64,000 nt of DNA from Octopus bimaculoides (Eukaryota). The DNA lies in the NCBI RefSeq assembly GCF_001194135.2, contig NC_068981.1, forward strand, positions 120,408,492-120,472,491, read 5' to 3'. Position 1 is the stretch's first letter. Every line of letters starts with the position of its first letter. Under the pieces are notes generated by a model, which saw only the letters and a list, made by a program, of their open reading frames with translations, did not search any database and was not told the DNA's origin. Below are positions 25,561-38,889 of the stretch, in pieces. The position numbers were made by a program, and so were the translations under genes.

Positions 25561-26646
25561 AAATATATAAAAGAATAATATATCAGGAGCTTGGAGGATA
25601 TCAGGTTCTATTAAAACCTGATATATCCTCCATCCTTATGTTATATAATTCTTGTATTAATCTTATGCAAAAAGGAGTTCCACATATGTATCCAGCACTG
25701 GAGTATACCCTACTGTAGTATATGTAGTTTTTCTTCTTTCTTTTTTTTTGTTTTGTTTTTGTTTTTGAAAGCATTCGTTTGTTACAAAATCCTTAGACCA
25801 CTGAAAACGTAAGAGCTACTAGAATAAAATGGATGCTAGACAGAAGTCAATAGGTGATGATGTACATTAGACTTTAAAGACTGAGGGTCATATTGAAGAA
25901 GAAATGTGGAAGGGAATTCCAAAGTTCAGAGGTGCAAGGGTAAAAGCTGTAGCCAAATAATGACATAAGAGCTCTTGAATATATGTTACAGGGTTTTTAC
26001 TTGAATTATACTAAATATACATGTATATATTTTTGTGTTATACTAAGAAGTGGTGCATGGTAATAGAATTCTCAACTAGAGTCAAATATAATAAACTACT
26101 CCAAATTGTTGTTAGAGCATCTGCATAAGTGGAGTCTGGACTAGCATTGAGTTGTAGAAGCTGTATTAACGAAGTCAAACCATTCATTCTTCTTAGTAGT
26201 TGGCTTACTGCTATCATCATCATCATTTAAAGTCTGTTGTCCATGCTGTCACGGGCTGGAAAGTTTGACCAGAGCTGGTAAGCTGAGGGGCTGCACCAGA
26301 CTCTAGTCTAATTTGGCATAGTTTCTACAGCTGGATGCCCTTCCAAATGCCAACCACACCGAGAGTGTAATGGGTGCTTTTACGTGCCAATTGCATGACA
26401 CCAGGATCTGCCACAACTACAGTTTCACTTGGCTTGAAGGGTCTTCTACTCAAGCATGGCACATTGCCAAAGGTCTTGGTCATTTGTCATTGCCTCTGTG
26501 AGACCCAATGCTCAAAAGGTGCTTTTTACGTGCCACTGGCAAGATATTGAAATATCTCCATTAACTGCTTTGTATTTTGAAATGTTTTAACTGAGAATGG
26601 TCTTGCATAATGGATGCATTTCCTATTATATATTACACAAACCATA

Positions 26647-26817
26647 GGCGTAGGAGTGGCTGTGTGGTAAGTAGCTTGCTTACCAACCACATAGTTCCGG
26701 GTTCAGTCCCACTGCGTGGCACCTTGGGCAAGTGTTTTCTACTATAGCCTCGGGCTGACCAAAGCCTTGTGAGTGGATTTGGTAGACGGAAACTGAAAGA
26801 AGCCTGTCGTATATATG

Positions 26818-26848
<31 letters not shown>

Positions 26849-27071
26849 ATGTTTGTGTGTTCTTTGTTCGTCCCCCTCCCCCCACATCGCTTGACAACTG
26901 ATGCTGGTGTGTTTACGTCCCCGTAACTTAGCGGTTCGGCTAAAGAGACCAATAGAATAAGTACTAGGCTTACAAAGAATAAGTCCTGGGGTCGATTAGC
27001 TTGACTAAAAAGGCGGTGGTCCAGCGTGGCCACAGTCAAATGACTGAAACAAGTAAAAGAGTAAAAGAGTA
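26647..27071 (+). mobile_element. Well-preserved tRNA-derived SINE with an internal TA/GT microsatellite; many decayed copies on both strands
   Basis: A-box-like TGGCTGTGTGG, B-box-like GGTTCAGTCCC, body CCTTGGGCAAGTG...GGAAACTGAAAGAAGCC, 3' end AATGACTGAAACAAGTAAAAGA. Homologues at ~2690-3075, 8190-8390, 9230-9610, 17310-17680, 33540-33910, 57770-58170, 60350-60720 and 62060-62250. Confidence 0.9.
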
Positions 27072-27436
27072 ATGTACATATTAACTGATTTAAAATATCA
27101 CTACAGGATCCTCAACAGGTACATCTGTGTAAGTGTATATCAGTAGATGGTTTACTGTAAAGAAGAAAACTACCCATATCAACTGGAATTCCAGGTAAAA
27201 TAGAATGGCTGCGGAGTATGAATACATTAAGTAAAAAAAAAAAATAAAAAAATAAAAAAAAAACTAGAATTTATGGTATTATATCTAATCTTTTAATTAT
27301 GGATGTTTCAATACAGCAGAGGAAATACTTTTAATGAATATTAATATGAATATAAATGAATTCATAATATTATAATATATTTTCATTGATGCAAACTGAT
27401 AGTTTCCAGTGTATATGTATGTGTGTGTATACATAC

Positions 27437-28475
27437 ATCTCCCTTGCTCTCTGTCTTGCCAGGTGATTTTCAACAGCTTTTTCAGGCAGTTCATGTGGAA
27501 GTGGTTTAGCTTTTTGGTGTGGTGTACAAAAACTGTCCAACTCTTGTAGGTGTACAGTAGTGTAGGAAGTATAACTTCTTGCTAAACCCTCAGCTTGGTT
27601 CCAGCCTAATGTTTCTCCTCTCCCACATGGATTCATGTAGCTGCCCAAATGCTGGGCTTCTTTTGGCAATGCAAGTGTCAACTTACTCATCAATGTTTAC
27701 AGATCTGGAGAATGTGCTGCTGTGGTACAAGAACTTATTAACAATCTGCAGGGACTCCTCTTTGACAGTGATAATTGGTTCCATACATGGCTTCATGGGG
27801 CAAATTAGTGCATGACCTCTGTCTTCTGAATGCTGATTGTCAGGCCAAACTTGTTGCAGGTAATAGAAAAGTAGTTCATGCTCTACAGCTTCAAGGCCTC
27901 TGTGTGTGCAGTCATCTATGTAATGCAAGTTGTGCATTGAGTCACCTCTTCCCTCAGTCTTGGCCTGTAGCCTCTGCAGGTTGAAGAGTCTGCCATCAGT
28001 CCTGAATCTGATTTTGATGCTGATTTTATTGTCGTTGCAGAAGGCATTTGATAGTATGGTGAGAACATTATGCTGAACAGTGTAGGTGTGACTGCGAATG
28101 TGCCAGAAGAATATCCGCTATCCAGTCCTCAACAGACATGCCACCGTGAAACTGTTGCACTATGCTGACAAATTTGTTTGGATAGTCAAACTTTCTCAAG
28201 ATCTTCCCAAACACCTCATGACTGAGGGTGTTAAAGACCTTGGATGAAAATTATAAACATCATGTACAGATCTGTTCTGCTTCTGACACTTCTCCTGAAG
28301 TTGGCATGCGGCAATGATCAAGTTGACTCTCCCATGGCCCTCTCTGAAGCCACACTCTTTCGTGTGCTGAGTGAGGTAATTAAGAAGGACTGCCTATTAC
28401 CCTTTCTCTTGTAGGGATGGACAATAGAAGCATCCTCAAGACCCCAAGGAACAACAGTCTGAAAGAGATTGGTGA
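27437..28475 (-). mobile_element. RTE (BovB-like) LINE fragment, decayed
   Basis: DASIVHPYKRKGNRQS, STFSRSVNIDE, FHMNCLKKLLKITWQD. Confidence 0.8.
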
Positions 28476-29044
28476 GCTTCTGTGCCAACACACACACATA
28501 CACACATGTTTGGTGACCAACGGCTATCTATCTTTCTTTCTTCCACTTCCTTCCTAAAGACAAGATATGCTTTTGCCTGTCTCTTCTCAAAGATCATTTT
28601 TCCAGCGTTCACCACTTCACCTCGTTATGGCTTAACAGTCCTCACCGTTTGTTTTTACTGTTTTGTTCTTACTGTCCTGTTTTTGTTACCACTTTACCCT
28701 CTGCAAAAAATCCCAAATTTTATTTAATTTGCTTTGTGGGAAGGACTGTTTTAATGAAGTTGTGGCTTGTCCCTACCTTTGAAATGCAGAATAGATAAAA
28801 TGGGGGACAACTGATGAAGGGAATGTTCTTTATGTTGTCTGTCCTGTTTCTCTATTTGTTTCTTTCGTTGTTCGAAAAAAGTTCGTCTTCCATGTTTTTG
28901 TTTTTTTTGTTCTTGTTTCTCATTTTGTTCATGTTTTTTTGATGTCCTGTACCCATTTATGCATGTATATATACATATATATGTAGGCATGTACATGTAT
29001 GTGCGTATATATGCATATATATTATTTATTTATTTATATATATG

Positions 29045-29076
<32 letters not shown>

Positions 29077-29163
29077 CGTGTATATATGGAGAGTGATATA
29101 TATATATATATATATATNNNNNNNNNNTGTGTGTGTGTGTGTGTGTGCGTGTATATATGGAGA

Positions 29164-29212
<49 letters not shown>

Positions 29213-30429
29213 GCGCATAGAAGATAGATAGATAGATAGACAGACATACAGATTGAGGAAGAGAAACAGACAGACAGATAGATAGATAGATATGTATGTG
29301 TATACACACACATACATAAAGATATATAAATATATATATATGTATATGTCTGTATACATATACTCACAATTACACTACTACATATCATTGTTTTTCAATT
29401 GAAATTCTATCACTTACCAAAATTAGCATGCTGGAAGAATGCCAACAAAACACTGACAACCAACCATGGCTTTTCCACCCACTTGCAAACATCCACCTCA
29501 TCCAATAGTCTCTTGTATTGATTTGTTTTTACTATATTTTTGATGTTTCAGAATATATATTCTTATTACTTGCTTTTCACCACGGCCACCATAACAACAG
29601 TTATAATAATTAGACTACTACTTCTACTGATAATAATAATAACAATAACAACAATAACCAATATTGATTTCAAATTTTGGTGCAAGGCCGGCAATTTCAG
29701 GGGAGGGGTTAGTCAATTACATCGACCCCAGTACCTGACCGGTACTATTTTATCGATCCCAAAAGGATGGAAGGCGAAGTCGACCATGGCGAAGTTTGAA
29801 CTCATAACATGAAGATGGATGAAATACTGCTAAGCGTTTGCTTGGCATGCTAACAAGTCTGTCAGCTCACCACCTAAATAATAATGATATTAATAATAAT
29901 TCTTTCTACACTATGCACAAGGCATGAAATTTTTTGGAGGAGGTTACTCAATTATATAAACGCCAGTGCTCAACTAGTACTTATATAGTGAAAGGATGAA
30001 AAGCAAATGTAATTTTGGCAGAATTTGAACTCAGAATGTAAAGAACTGGAACAAATACTGCTACGCATTTAGTCTGATGTGTTAAAAATTCTGCCAGCTC
30101 ACCACATTAATAATAATAATAATAATAATGATAATAATAATAATAATGATAATGGCTTCAAATTTTGGCACAGCAATTTCAAGGAAGGGGATAAGTTGAT
30201 TACATTGACCTCAGTACTCAACTGGTACTTATTTTATTGACCTTGATGATGAAAGGCAAAGTCAACATTGGTGGAATTTGAACTCAGAATGCAAAGACGG
30301 ACAAAATGCCACTAAGCGTTTTTCCCAGCATGCTTATGATTTCTGCCAGCTCGTTGCCTTAATAATAAACAAAACTGATCTCAACAGTATTTGATTATTT
30401 AAACACAAAATGTAGAGCTGTTGAATAAC

Positions 30430-30900
30430 ATTTCAGCTTACCTATTTAACAATGTTGGCAGTTATATTAGAATATGAAATTTATTGAATAAACACAAAAT
30501 GATTTTTCTTGCTATGTTAATGTAGTGGAGTGGGTGCTGTTTTACAATACTCCAGGTTATGGGAGTGTTTTTAATTCTACTGTCCTTTATTTTCCAGACA
30601 TATTGAGATAGAAAGCTGGAATTAATTTTATTGTTGAATCTAAATGAACACACATGCTGGAAGTATCTAATTTAAAAAGTATTTTCCAAAAGTACAGTAT
30701 AATACCACTGTCAAGTGTTATATTTGCTCTACATACCAAAGCTTAAGAGGAGCAGGATGCTTTCAGTAGGTAGTTTTATAGAGCAGGCTGGATGTTTTTT
30801 TTATGAGTTGGGTAGCTGGTTGTGCATCTTAGCTAGTGATGTGGGATCTGTGAAGTGATGCTATTCAGGCAAGTATAGCTCATCATAATGTTGTTCCTGT
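30430..30900 (-). mobile_element. Decayed GIY-YIG C-terminal fragment of a different Penelope-like family
   Basis: LSQYVWKIKD...ITWSIVKQ...LCLFNKFHIL resembles PLE endonuclease C-termini from recall; frameshifted. Confidence 0.55.
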
Positions 30901-31575
30901 TAAAGAACTTTTGATATTTATGTGTGGTTAAGAAATGATACAGAATTATGAAAAAGAATGAAGAAAAAAGAATGGTAAACTCACTTTCAAAAGGCTAAAT
31001 AAATATGGAACACCAAAATAGAATAAATAAAAATAAAAATGGAGAGAAAAAACACTCCATGACCAGTATCCAACAAGACTTAGACTGAAAAGCTAATAAT
31101 ACCTCAAAATCTCTGGGCTGAAAGTGAAAGTGGAATGCCTGATCAATTACAGAGGATAAATGCCTAGCCAGCCAACAAGTCAGTCACAGTCACACATGCA
31201 TGCACACACACAAGGCAAAATCCTGACAAGAGGCTGACACTGAGTGCAGACTATGCAATCAGCATCAAGAAATAACTGAACAGAGCTTTTGTAGCTGCTC
31301 AGTCCTTGTAAAGACAACATATCTATATACATGACCAGGTAAACAACTATGTCCATTAGAATTTATGCTAACACCTTGATATAACAGCTAGAAGTGAATA
31401 AGCATGTACCAAACTTGGTATATTCTAATGACTTGGCAAAGGTATCCCATTTTAGACTGAAAAAGAAATGAAAGCAAAATTAGAATCTACTGGCATTATA
31501 AAATGCACCTGGTTCACAATTTAAGATATACACTACCAAAGTTGGTGGGTTTTTCTCTGTTGTTGTTGTTTTTAT

Positions 31576-31635
<60 letters not shown>

Positions 31636-33433
31636 GACATGTCCAACCATGTTAACAATGGAGAATGGATGTGAAACTGATATTATTGATAATATTATAA
31701 TAGAAATTAAAGTTGTGAACTGGCAGAATTGTTAGCATGCCAAGCAAAATGCTTAGCAGCATTTCATACAACTCTATGTTCTGAGTTCAAATTCAGCCAA
31801 GGGTGATTTTGCCATTCATCCTATTGGGGGGGGGGGGTTGATAAAATAAGTACCAATTTAGCACTAGGGTTGATGTAATCGACTTCCCCCATTTCCTTGC
31901 TGGCCTTGTGCCAAAATTTGAAATCAATATTAAGATAGACAACTTGATTACTTTTAACCAAAATATTACACAGAATAAGAAATATATATAAATGTATCAA
32001 TGTCTAAAAGATCCTGAAATGAAAATAAGTAAGACGTAGGATATGAAAGTAAAAACTACTAATAATAGGTATGGTAATGAAGAATTTAACCAAAAGTCAT
32101 AAAAACCACACTAGAGCAACTACACTACAACCACATACAATAAAAATTTTAAAAAAAACTGCTATACATAGCTACCATCTTATGCAAGATGTAAGTACAA
32201 TAACAGAATTCTTACAGTCGACTTTCTGTGAAGCTCACACAATGTACAGATACAAAATCTCAACTCAACACTATAACATAACTCACACAACACATACATT
32301 CATATAACAATTACCACTCTGGTACTTAAACACATACAATACATGTGACAACATTACATCTGATAGAATAACACAATCTGTACAGTATAGTAAAGTAGAT
32401 GTAACATACAAACAGCCCCTGCTTTACCAAAAAAGACAATGTCGCACACGCCTTAGGAAGACAGAGATGGATATGGTGGAATATAGAACCATTGAAAATA
32501 GATGATGATAATAAAAATAACAATGATGACTAAGCATAAGGCTAAAATTTTCTAAGACTGGTATATATGCAGCTATATATATAGATAGATCTTTAGATAG
32601 ATGGACAGACAGACAGGCAAACAGTATATGGACAGAAAAAGAAAGAGATATTTTATGTGATTTATACAATAATGTGGTACAAAATTATAAATAGAAGCTA
32701 TAAGAGAATTAGCTATCTGTCAGAACCTTCCTTTTTATAAGTTAAAAACAAAACAAATAATACTGAATACAGTAAATGTAGCTTAAAATAGTTTAAAAAA
32801 TATAGAGAAAAATAGAAATAAAAACATTTGAGGCTATAATAAAAGAATAATAAGAAAATTAGAAAGATAATTAGTAAATAAAAATAAAGGAGACAAAATA
32901 TATTTGGAAAATAAAATTTGAAAAAAGAATTAAATGGAAAAAAAATTGAATAAAAGAAGAATTTAAAAAAGAAACTAGAATGTGAAGCAACACTCACTAA
33001 CATCAACATAAACAACAATATAGCTGATATGTTTTATCCTTTTTTTCACACTTGCATATAATGCTAAATCCTACCAATTTTGGTCCAAAGTTTTATATTA
33101 AGTTTTTCCCATTATACATAAGTAAATCATCATCAATGTCACTGTCATCATCATCACCAATTGTTTAAGATCCTTTTTTCCATGCTGACATGGGTTGGAT
33201 GGTTTGTAAAGAACTGATGAACCAGAGGAGTGTGTCGAATCCCAATGACTGCTTTGACATGGCTTCTACAGCTTGATATCCCTTCTACAGAGTATACTTG
33301 ATGCTTTCTTTCATGGCACCAACACTAGTGAGGTCCCCAAGTACTTGCAAGACAAGACCTTTTTCTAAGTTGGATATAGAACTGACAGATAGAGGAACAG
33401 AGAGAGCTAAACCTGTTTCTCTCTCTGTATGTA

Positions 33434-33474
<41 letters not shown>

Positions 33475-34022
33475 ACATGTGTATGTATGTGTGTATTTAT
33501 GTATGTGTGTATTTATGTATGTATGTAAGCATGCACGTTCTAGTTTTATTCTCATTCTTCTTTCAGTCATCAGACTGAGGCCATGCTGGAGCAGTGCCTT
33601 GAAGAATTATAGATGAATTGATTCCAGTACTTCTTTTTTTTTAAAGCTTTCTCTGTCAATCTCTTTTGCCAAACTATTATGTTACAGGGACATAATCACA
33701 CCAACACCAGTTGTCAAGCAGTGGTAGGGAACAAACACAGATAGAAAGACACACACGTACACATACTATGGGCTTCTTTCAGTTTCCATCTACCAAATCC
33801 ACTCACAATGCTTTGGTTGGCCTGAAGCTATAGTAGAAAACACTTGCTGGAAGTAATACACAGTGGGACTGAACCTGGAACCATGTAGTTGGGAAACAAA
33901 CTTCTTACTATATAGCAATATATATATATGTATATATATATGATACAAACAAGGTGATATTTTTTCGAATGTAACATTCTGTTAGAATAACAGAAATGTA
34001 AGTTTGTTTATATATATACACA

Positions 34023-34066
<44 letters not shown>

Positions 34067-34069
34067 AAA

Positions 34070-34775
34070 AAAAATAATAATAAGGTAGAATGCTAAACTG
34101 AAAGCATATTTTAATATAGATGTGTATTAGGAGGATTAAAAAGGATTTCTAACCTGCTTTCATTGCATGGCAAATTTTCAAGAAGAGAGAAAATGAAAAT
34201 AATGTTTTTTACCAAAAAATTTTAAAATATATAAAAAAATAAATATACCAATACATTATATTGTCTTTGAGCTTTTAAAGTTCAATGGTAATCCATGTAG
34301 ATAATTGTTAGGAAGATTAGGATGCATGTAATTAAGATTAGTGTTGTGTTTAAAAAAAGCTGAAAGTTTGTGTTAAACAGGAAGTGTGGTGTCAACTAAA
34401 GAGTATAAAACCCACAGAATTGTCTTCCCTTACCCACACTTCCTGTTTTGACACTACACTTCCTGTTTAACACAAACTTTCAGCCTTTTTTAAACACAAC
34501 ACGATTCTTAATTCCATGCATCCTAATCTTCCTAACAATTATCTACATGGATTACCATTGAACTTTAAAAGCTCAAAGACAATATAATGTATTGGTATAT
34601 TTATTTTTTTATATATTTTTTATTTTTTTGTAAAAAACATTATTTTCATTTACCCCCCTTCTTGAAAATTTGCGATGCAATGAAAGCCGGTTAGAAATCC
34701 TTTTTAATCCTCCTTATACACATCTATATTAAGATATGCTTTCAGTTTAGCATTCTGCCTTATTATTATTATTTT
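34070..34775. repeat. ~710-bp palindrome derived from the 3' end (pseudo-LTR region) of a Penelope-like element
   Basis: Arms ~34070-34395 and 34448-~34775 are reverse complements. The centre and inner arm match 13936-14050, which lies downstream of the GIY-YIG ORF of the Penelope-like copy at 13936-15170. Confidence 0.9.
34659..34696 (+). ncRNA. Hammerhead-like motif, U3:A8 variant; mirror copy on the minus strand at 34147-34184
   Basis: TTC TTGAAAA TTTGC GAT GCAAT GAAA GCCGGT TA GAA. Stem I is only 3 bp and the 10.1-11.1 position is U-U, so activity is doubtful. Confidence 0.45.
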
Positions 34776-34827
34776 TTATTTTCGTATTATTTCTCCATGT
34801 GCAGTTAACACAACCCCACCATTTACT

Positions 34828-34862
<35 letters not shown>

Positions 34863-35257
34863 CAAATTTATAGAAAAACAAAGACAAAGACAGATGTAGG
34901 AACAACAAGCAAGTGAATTAGTTTGATGCTCAGGAAAAATGGAAGTCTTTTATGTTTCAAGCCTATGCTGTTCCATAGAAATGAATAAGAAGAAATAAAT
35001 GGAGGGGGAATGAAAAAAAAAATGAGTTCAGTGGCTCAACATGGCAAATATATATATATATGTATATTCATTATCATCACCATTTAATATCTGTTTTCCA
35101 TGCTGGCATGGGTTAGGTGGTTTGACTGAAGCCAGTAAGCCAGAGGGCTTTGCCAAGTTTCAATGTCTGCTTTGGTTTAAATGGCTAGATGCTCTTCCTA
35201 ACAACAATTACTTTACAAAGTGTACTGGGAGCTTTTTACATAGCACTGCCACTTCAT

Positions 35258-35299
<42 letters not shown>

Positions 35300-35724
35300 T
35301 ACACATAAACACAAACCACAAATGCATAAACACACAGATCAGTACTTGTTAAAAATATCTTACAAAACACAACCCCAAATATCTCAAAATAAATACTAAT
35401 GTATGTAATGGAATAGAGCATATTGTCAACAAAGCAGTGCTCTAGATAATGTTTTAGTATTGAAAGCAGGTAAAAGACATACATATGCAAAACAAGAATG
35501 AGAAAAGTAAAGCAAGCACTTCTAGCAGTATTTTAAGGTGCCACCAACTAAAAACACAAGCATATAACATAATAGCAATCCTTTTCTCCTGGCTCTCACC
35601 ACTAACACTCTTTTCTCTCTCTTTTCACCTCTCCCTTTAACTAACCACATGATAGCATCACATACTTGGCTTTAATGTATTAATATATAGATGATAACAA
35701 GAAATTATTTATTGAGACTGTTAC

Positions 35725-35767
35725 CTTTTTCAAAATAAATCCAACTCCAACATTGTGAACAGCATAC
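35725..35767 (-). CDS. MLH1: MLH1 coding exon (human exon 7 equivalent), 43 nt: YAVHNVGVGFILKK
   Basis: ttgtag acceptor, gtaac donor; aligns to human YSVHNAGISFSVKK; phases fit both neighbours. Confidence 0.94.
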
Positions 35768-37586
35768 CTACAATAGAACAAGAAGAAAAGGTGGGCTTGT
35801 TATAAACATCATGATGACAACAACGATGATGACAATGATTCATAGTAGTAGATTAGTTCCAAGTCAGCCTTGATTGAGCAGGCCTATGACTGAAGACATT
35901 CTAGCCATGACTACCTGATTTATATTTTTAAGGACTGCATTATCATTTGCTACTAGAACCGCATGAGCCAATATGTCCTTCCATTTTAAGTTGGTGAGAT
36001 GGGATTTGAGGGATATTAAAAAACTATTTGCAAAAGATTGACTAATCATAAAAGTCCTTGCATTAACTCAGTAAGCCCCTTGTTTGCTAGATGATATGTG
36101 GATATTTTCATAATATTGTTAATGATTTTGTTGAAAAAAATGTATCACTCCACCAAAAAAGTTCAACACTCTGTGGCCCTCAAAGAACTGATAGTTTCTT
36201 CTATGCAGTTTACACCTAATGATGGGTGATAGATAAAGGGTTTGCTATACTGAGAACTAGACCTATCCTCCACATACACATGAAAATTGAGACATCAACA
36301 AACACCAACAGCAAGTATATTTCTAACCCAAGTCAATGAGAGAGCCTCTACATGGTCCATCTAGCTGTTAGAAATAGCAGCTAAATTGTCCTCAAATCAT
36401 TGAACTTTCTTTAAAATCCACAGACTGAGCAGTTGTAGTGCACCTGAGCACTGTACACAATAAGGTCATTATAGTTGTTACAAATTGCCAGAAGGGACTA
36501 GATCATCTAGACTAGAATGATTTTGATCATAGGTCTGCTTAATGAGGGTTGACCTGGGGCTAAAGAACAGAACATTTTCACCAAGTGCATATGTGTGCCT
36601 GCATACATATCCACACACAAACACACCAGCACCACTGCTGCTACCATGAGCACCAGCACCACCAGCAACACTTTTATTGTAATGCCTATTTTATTATGTT
36701 GGCATGTTTTTTTTTAAATGGGTTTACAGTATTACATGTAATAGCTGTTTATCTTGGTCCTGCATCAATTCTTGTGAGTCACAATGTTCTCAGAATGAGC
36801 ATGATCAATTCCCCTTATCTTTTGTCTTCTTCCACCATAGCTACTTTCCACAACCATCACAAACTACTTTCTCACTGACAAAGTATCAGCCATTCACATC
36901 ATGTTATATTTATCTAAGATCAGCCTTTGAATGAGTAGACTTTTTTTCAAAGGCTTTCCAGTTATGACCATTCTGTCTTTTTCTTCGACATTACACCATG
37001 TCCAAACCCATGCCAGCATAAAAATGGACATTAAATGGTAATGATGATGATGATGAAATTTAAAGGCAATTTGACTGATATTTCTAGCAGATTGAATGAC
37101 CACATAACAGGCTCTCTTACTGGCTGATCAACTTGACATCACATGACAAGACCAGTGGCTGATGACACTATTATCCTATCACTTATCACTCTTTCAAGTC
37201 ACTTGCTTTTCACCATTTACGCAAGTTATGTAACACTACACACAAACAGATACAGGCTGATATTGCATTCACATATCAATTCCCTTAAGGAGTAATCATG
37301 AACCAGTCTGTACAAGACTCCTTGTGGTCACATGTAATCAACATCTATAATACTTTACAAAGCAGTCAAGTAATATGTTCTTTACTGTAAACATATATAC
37401 CTGTAATCATATACATACTTTAATCCTTATACCTGTTCTCCCACTACATTCTGTGGACTAGTGCCAATACTAGAAATTAATATTTTATATGCATTGCATA
37501 CAAACTTAACCCCCTCTTTCTTTCAAAATCACATGTACATATGTATATGCACTTGCAAATACACTCATAAACTCAATGATGCTTAC

Positions 37587-37678
37587 CTGCTAACAACTTC
37601 AGCTATTTTTGAATGTTCTTCTGCTGGGCTTCGCAAAGCTTTCCTTCGTGTTGCTACATTATAAAACAAATCTTCCAC
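37587..37678 (-). CDS. MLH1: MLH1 coding exon (human exon 6 equivalent), 92 nt: [31 protein letters not shown]
   Basis: tttgcag acceptor, gtaag donor; VEDLFYN..TRRKAL motif. Confidence 0.96.
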
Positions 37679-38889
37679 CTGCAAACATCAACAAACACAT
37701 TTAAGATTCTCATAAAATGTTAACCGAATGAACATTTTCCATCAAACGACAGAGAATCAATAAAAGATAATGCATATTGTTAAAGATATATATATATATT
37801 CTAGGAAATACTGCAGAAAGAAGGAACAACAAACAAGTTCATATAATACACATTAAAAAAGAATTAAAAAAATGGATTGATTGTTCATCTGTAAGAGTGA
37901 TATTTAACAAAGTGCTAGGAACACATAGAAATGAGGAGATGAGGAAGAGTTAGATGTGTTGTTATTTACAGTACCGTTAAAATGTATGTAGATGTTTCCT
38001 ATACCTTGGGGAAGGACTTTTAAGGATTGGCACTTAGCCCTAGTTTTTTTGGTGTAAAGTGGATGAGAAATAAATCTTTTGTTTGACAGGATGCCAGCCC
38101 ATCAGTCTATCTCCGGTAACACTCCTAGAGGATTTGGTATCTATTTCTCTGACAGCAAAGTGAACTGAAGCAATATAGAATCAAATGTACTGACCCAAAT
38201 ATACTGACACATCTGCAGAGAAGTGGAGTTGAACTTAAAACCTTTGAGCAGGCAGTCCAATGTAATATCCATTCAAACATATGCAGAAATGAATCAATGA
38301 GAGGGAGTGTGTTCTAATCCTCTGCCTTGCTAGAAATAGCTGCCAAGTCTCCATTAAACCATAACCTACTGTTTTTAACCCTTTAGCATTAATATTACTC
38401 GATCAAATGTAATACTTATTTATTCATATTGTTTTGAATTAATCATGTATTATCTTGTAGCTTTGAGATCTCAATGATGTGATTGTTTATTTTTAGAATG
38501 ACATTGTAGGGTAGGTGTGAGAGACTACGTCTGGCTGATTTGAATGCTAAAGGGTTAAAAATGGACATATCATAGAATGTGATCTAAAGTACATTAACCC
38601 ACTCTGTAAAAAGCCAAATGGTCATGACTTGAATGTCTTTGGACGAAGGCTCTTTAGGTCAGGATTAGTTTAAGACTGAACAATGATTACAACCTAATGC
38701 CTCTGTAACAATTTAAGGACACATTAGGGGAATCACTGCAGAATGCCTTAGTATATATAGCATACCCAGGGCAAGTTAAACTGGCTGAGCTCAACATTTA
38801 CTCATGTAAAGCTGGAGATGGGGGAAGATTTGAACTGACAGTTAATGTTTTCTTCAACTGTCTGTAACTGAGATGTGTCTCTCAATGGT

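Noticed and set aside
26647-26725. tRNA-like A and B boxes at SINE heads
   Set aside because: They are followed by SINE bodies and show no cloverleaf; not tRNA genes.
28811-28835. CTGATGAAGGG hammerhead-like start
   Set aside because: No GAAA or stem III follows.
32713-33018. 101-aa Phe/Leu-rich ORF resembling a membrane protein
   Set aside because: Product of A-rich low-complexity sequence read on the T-rich strand.
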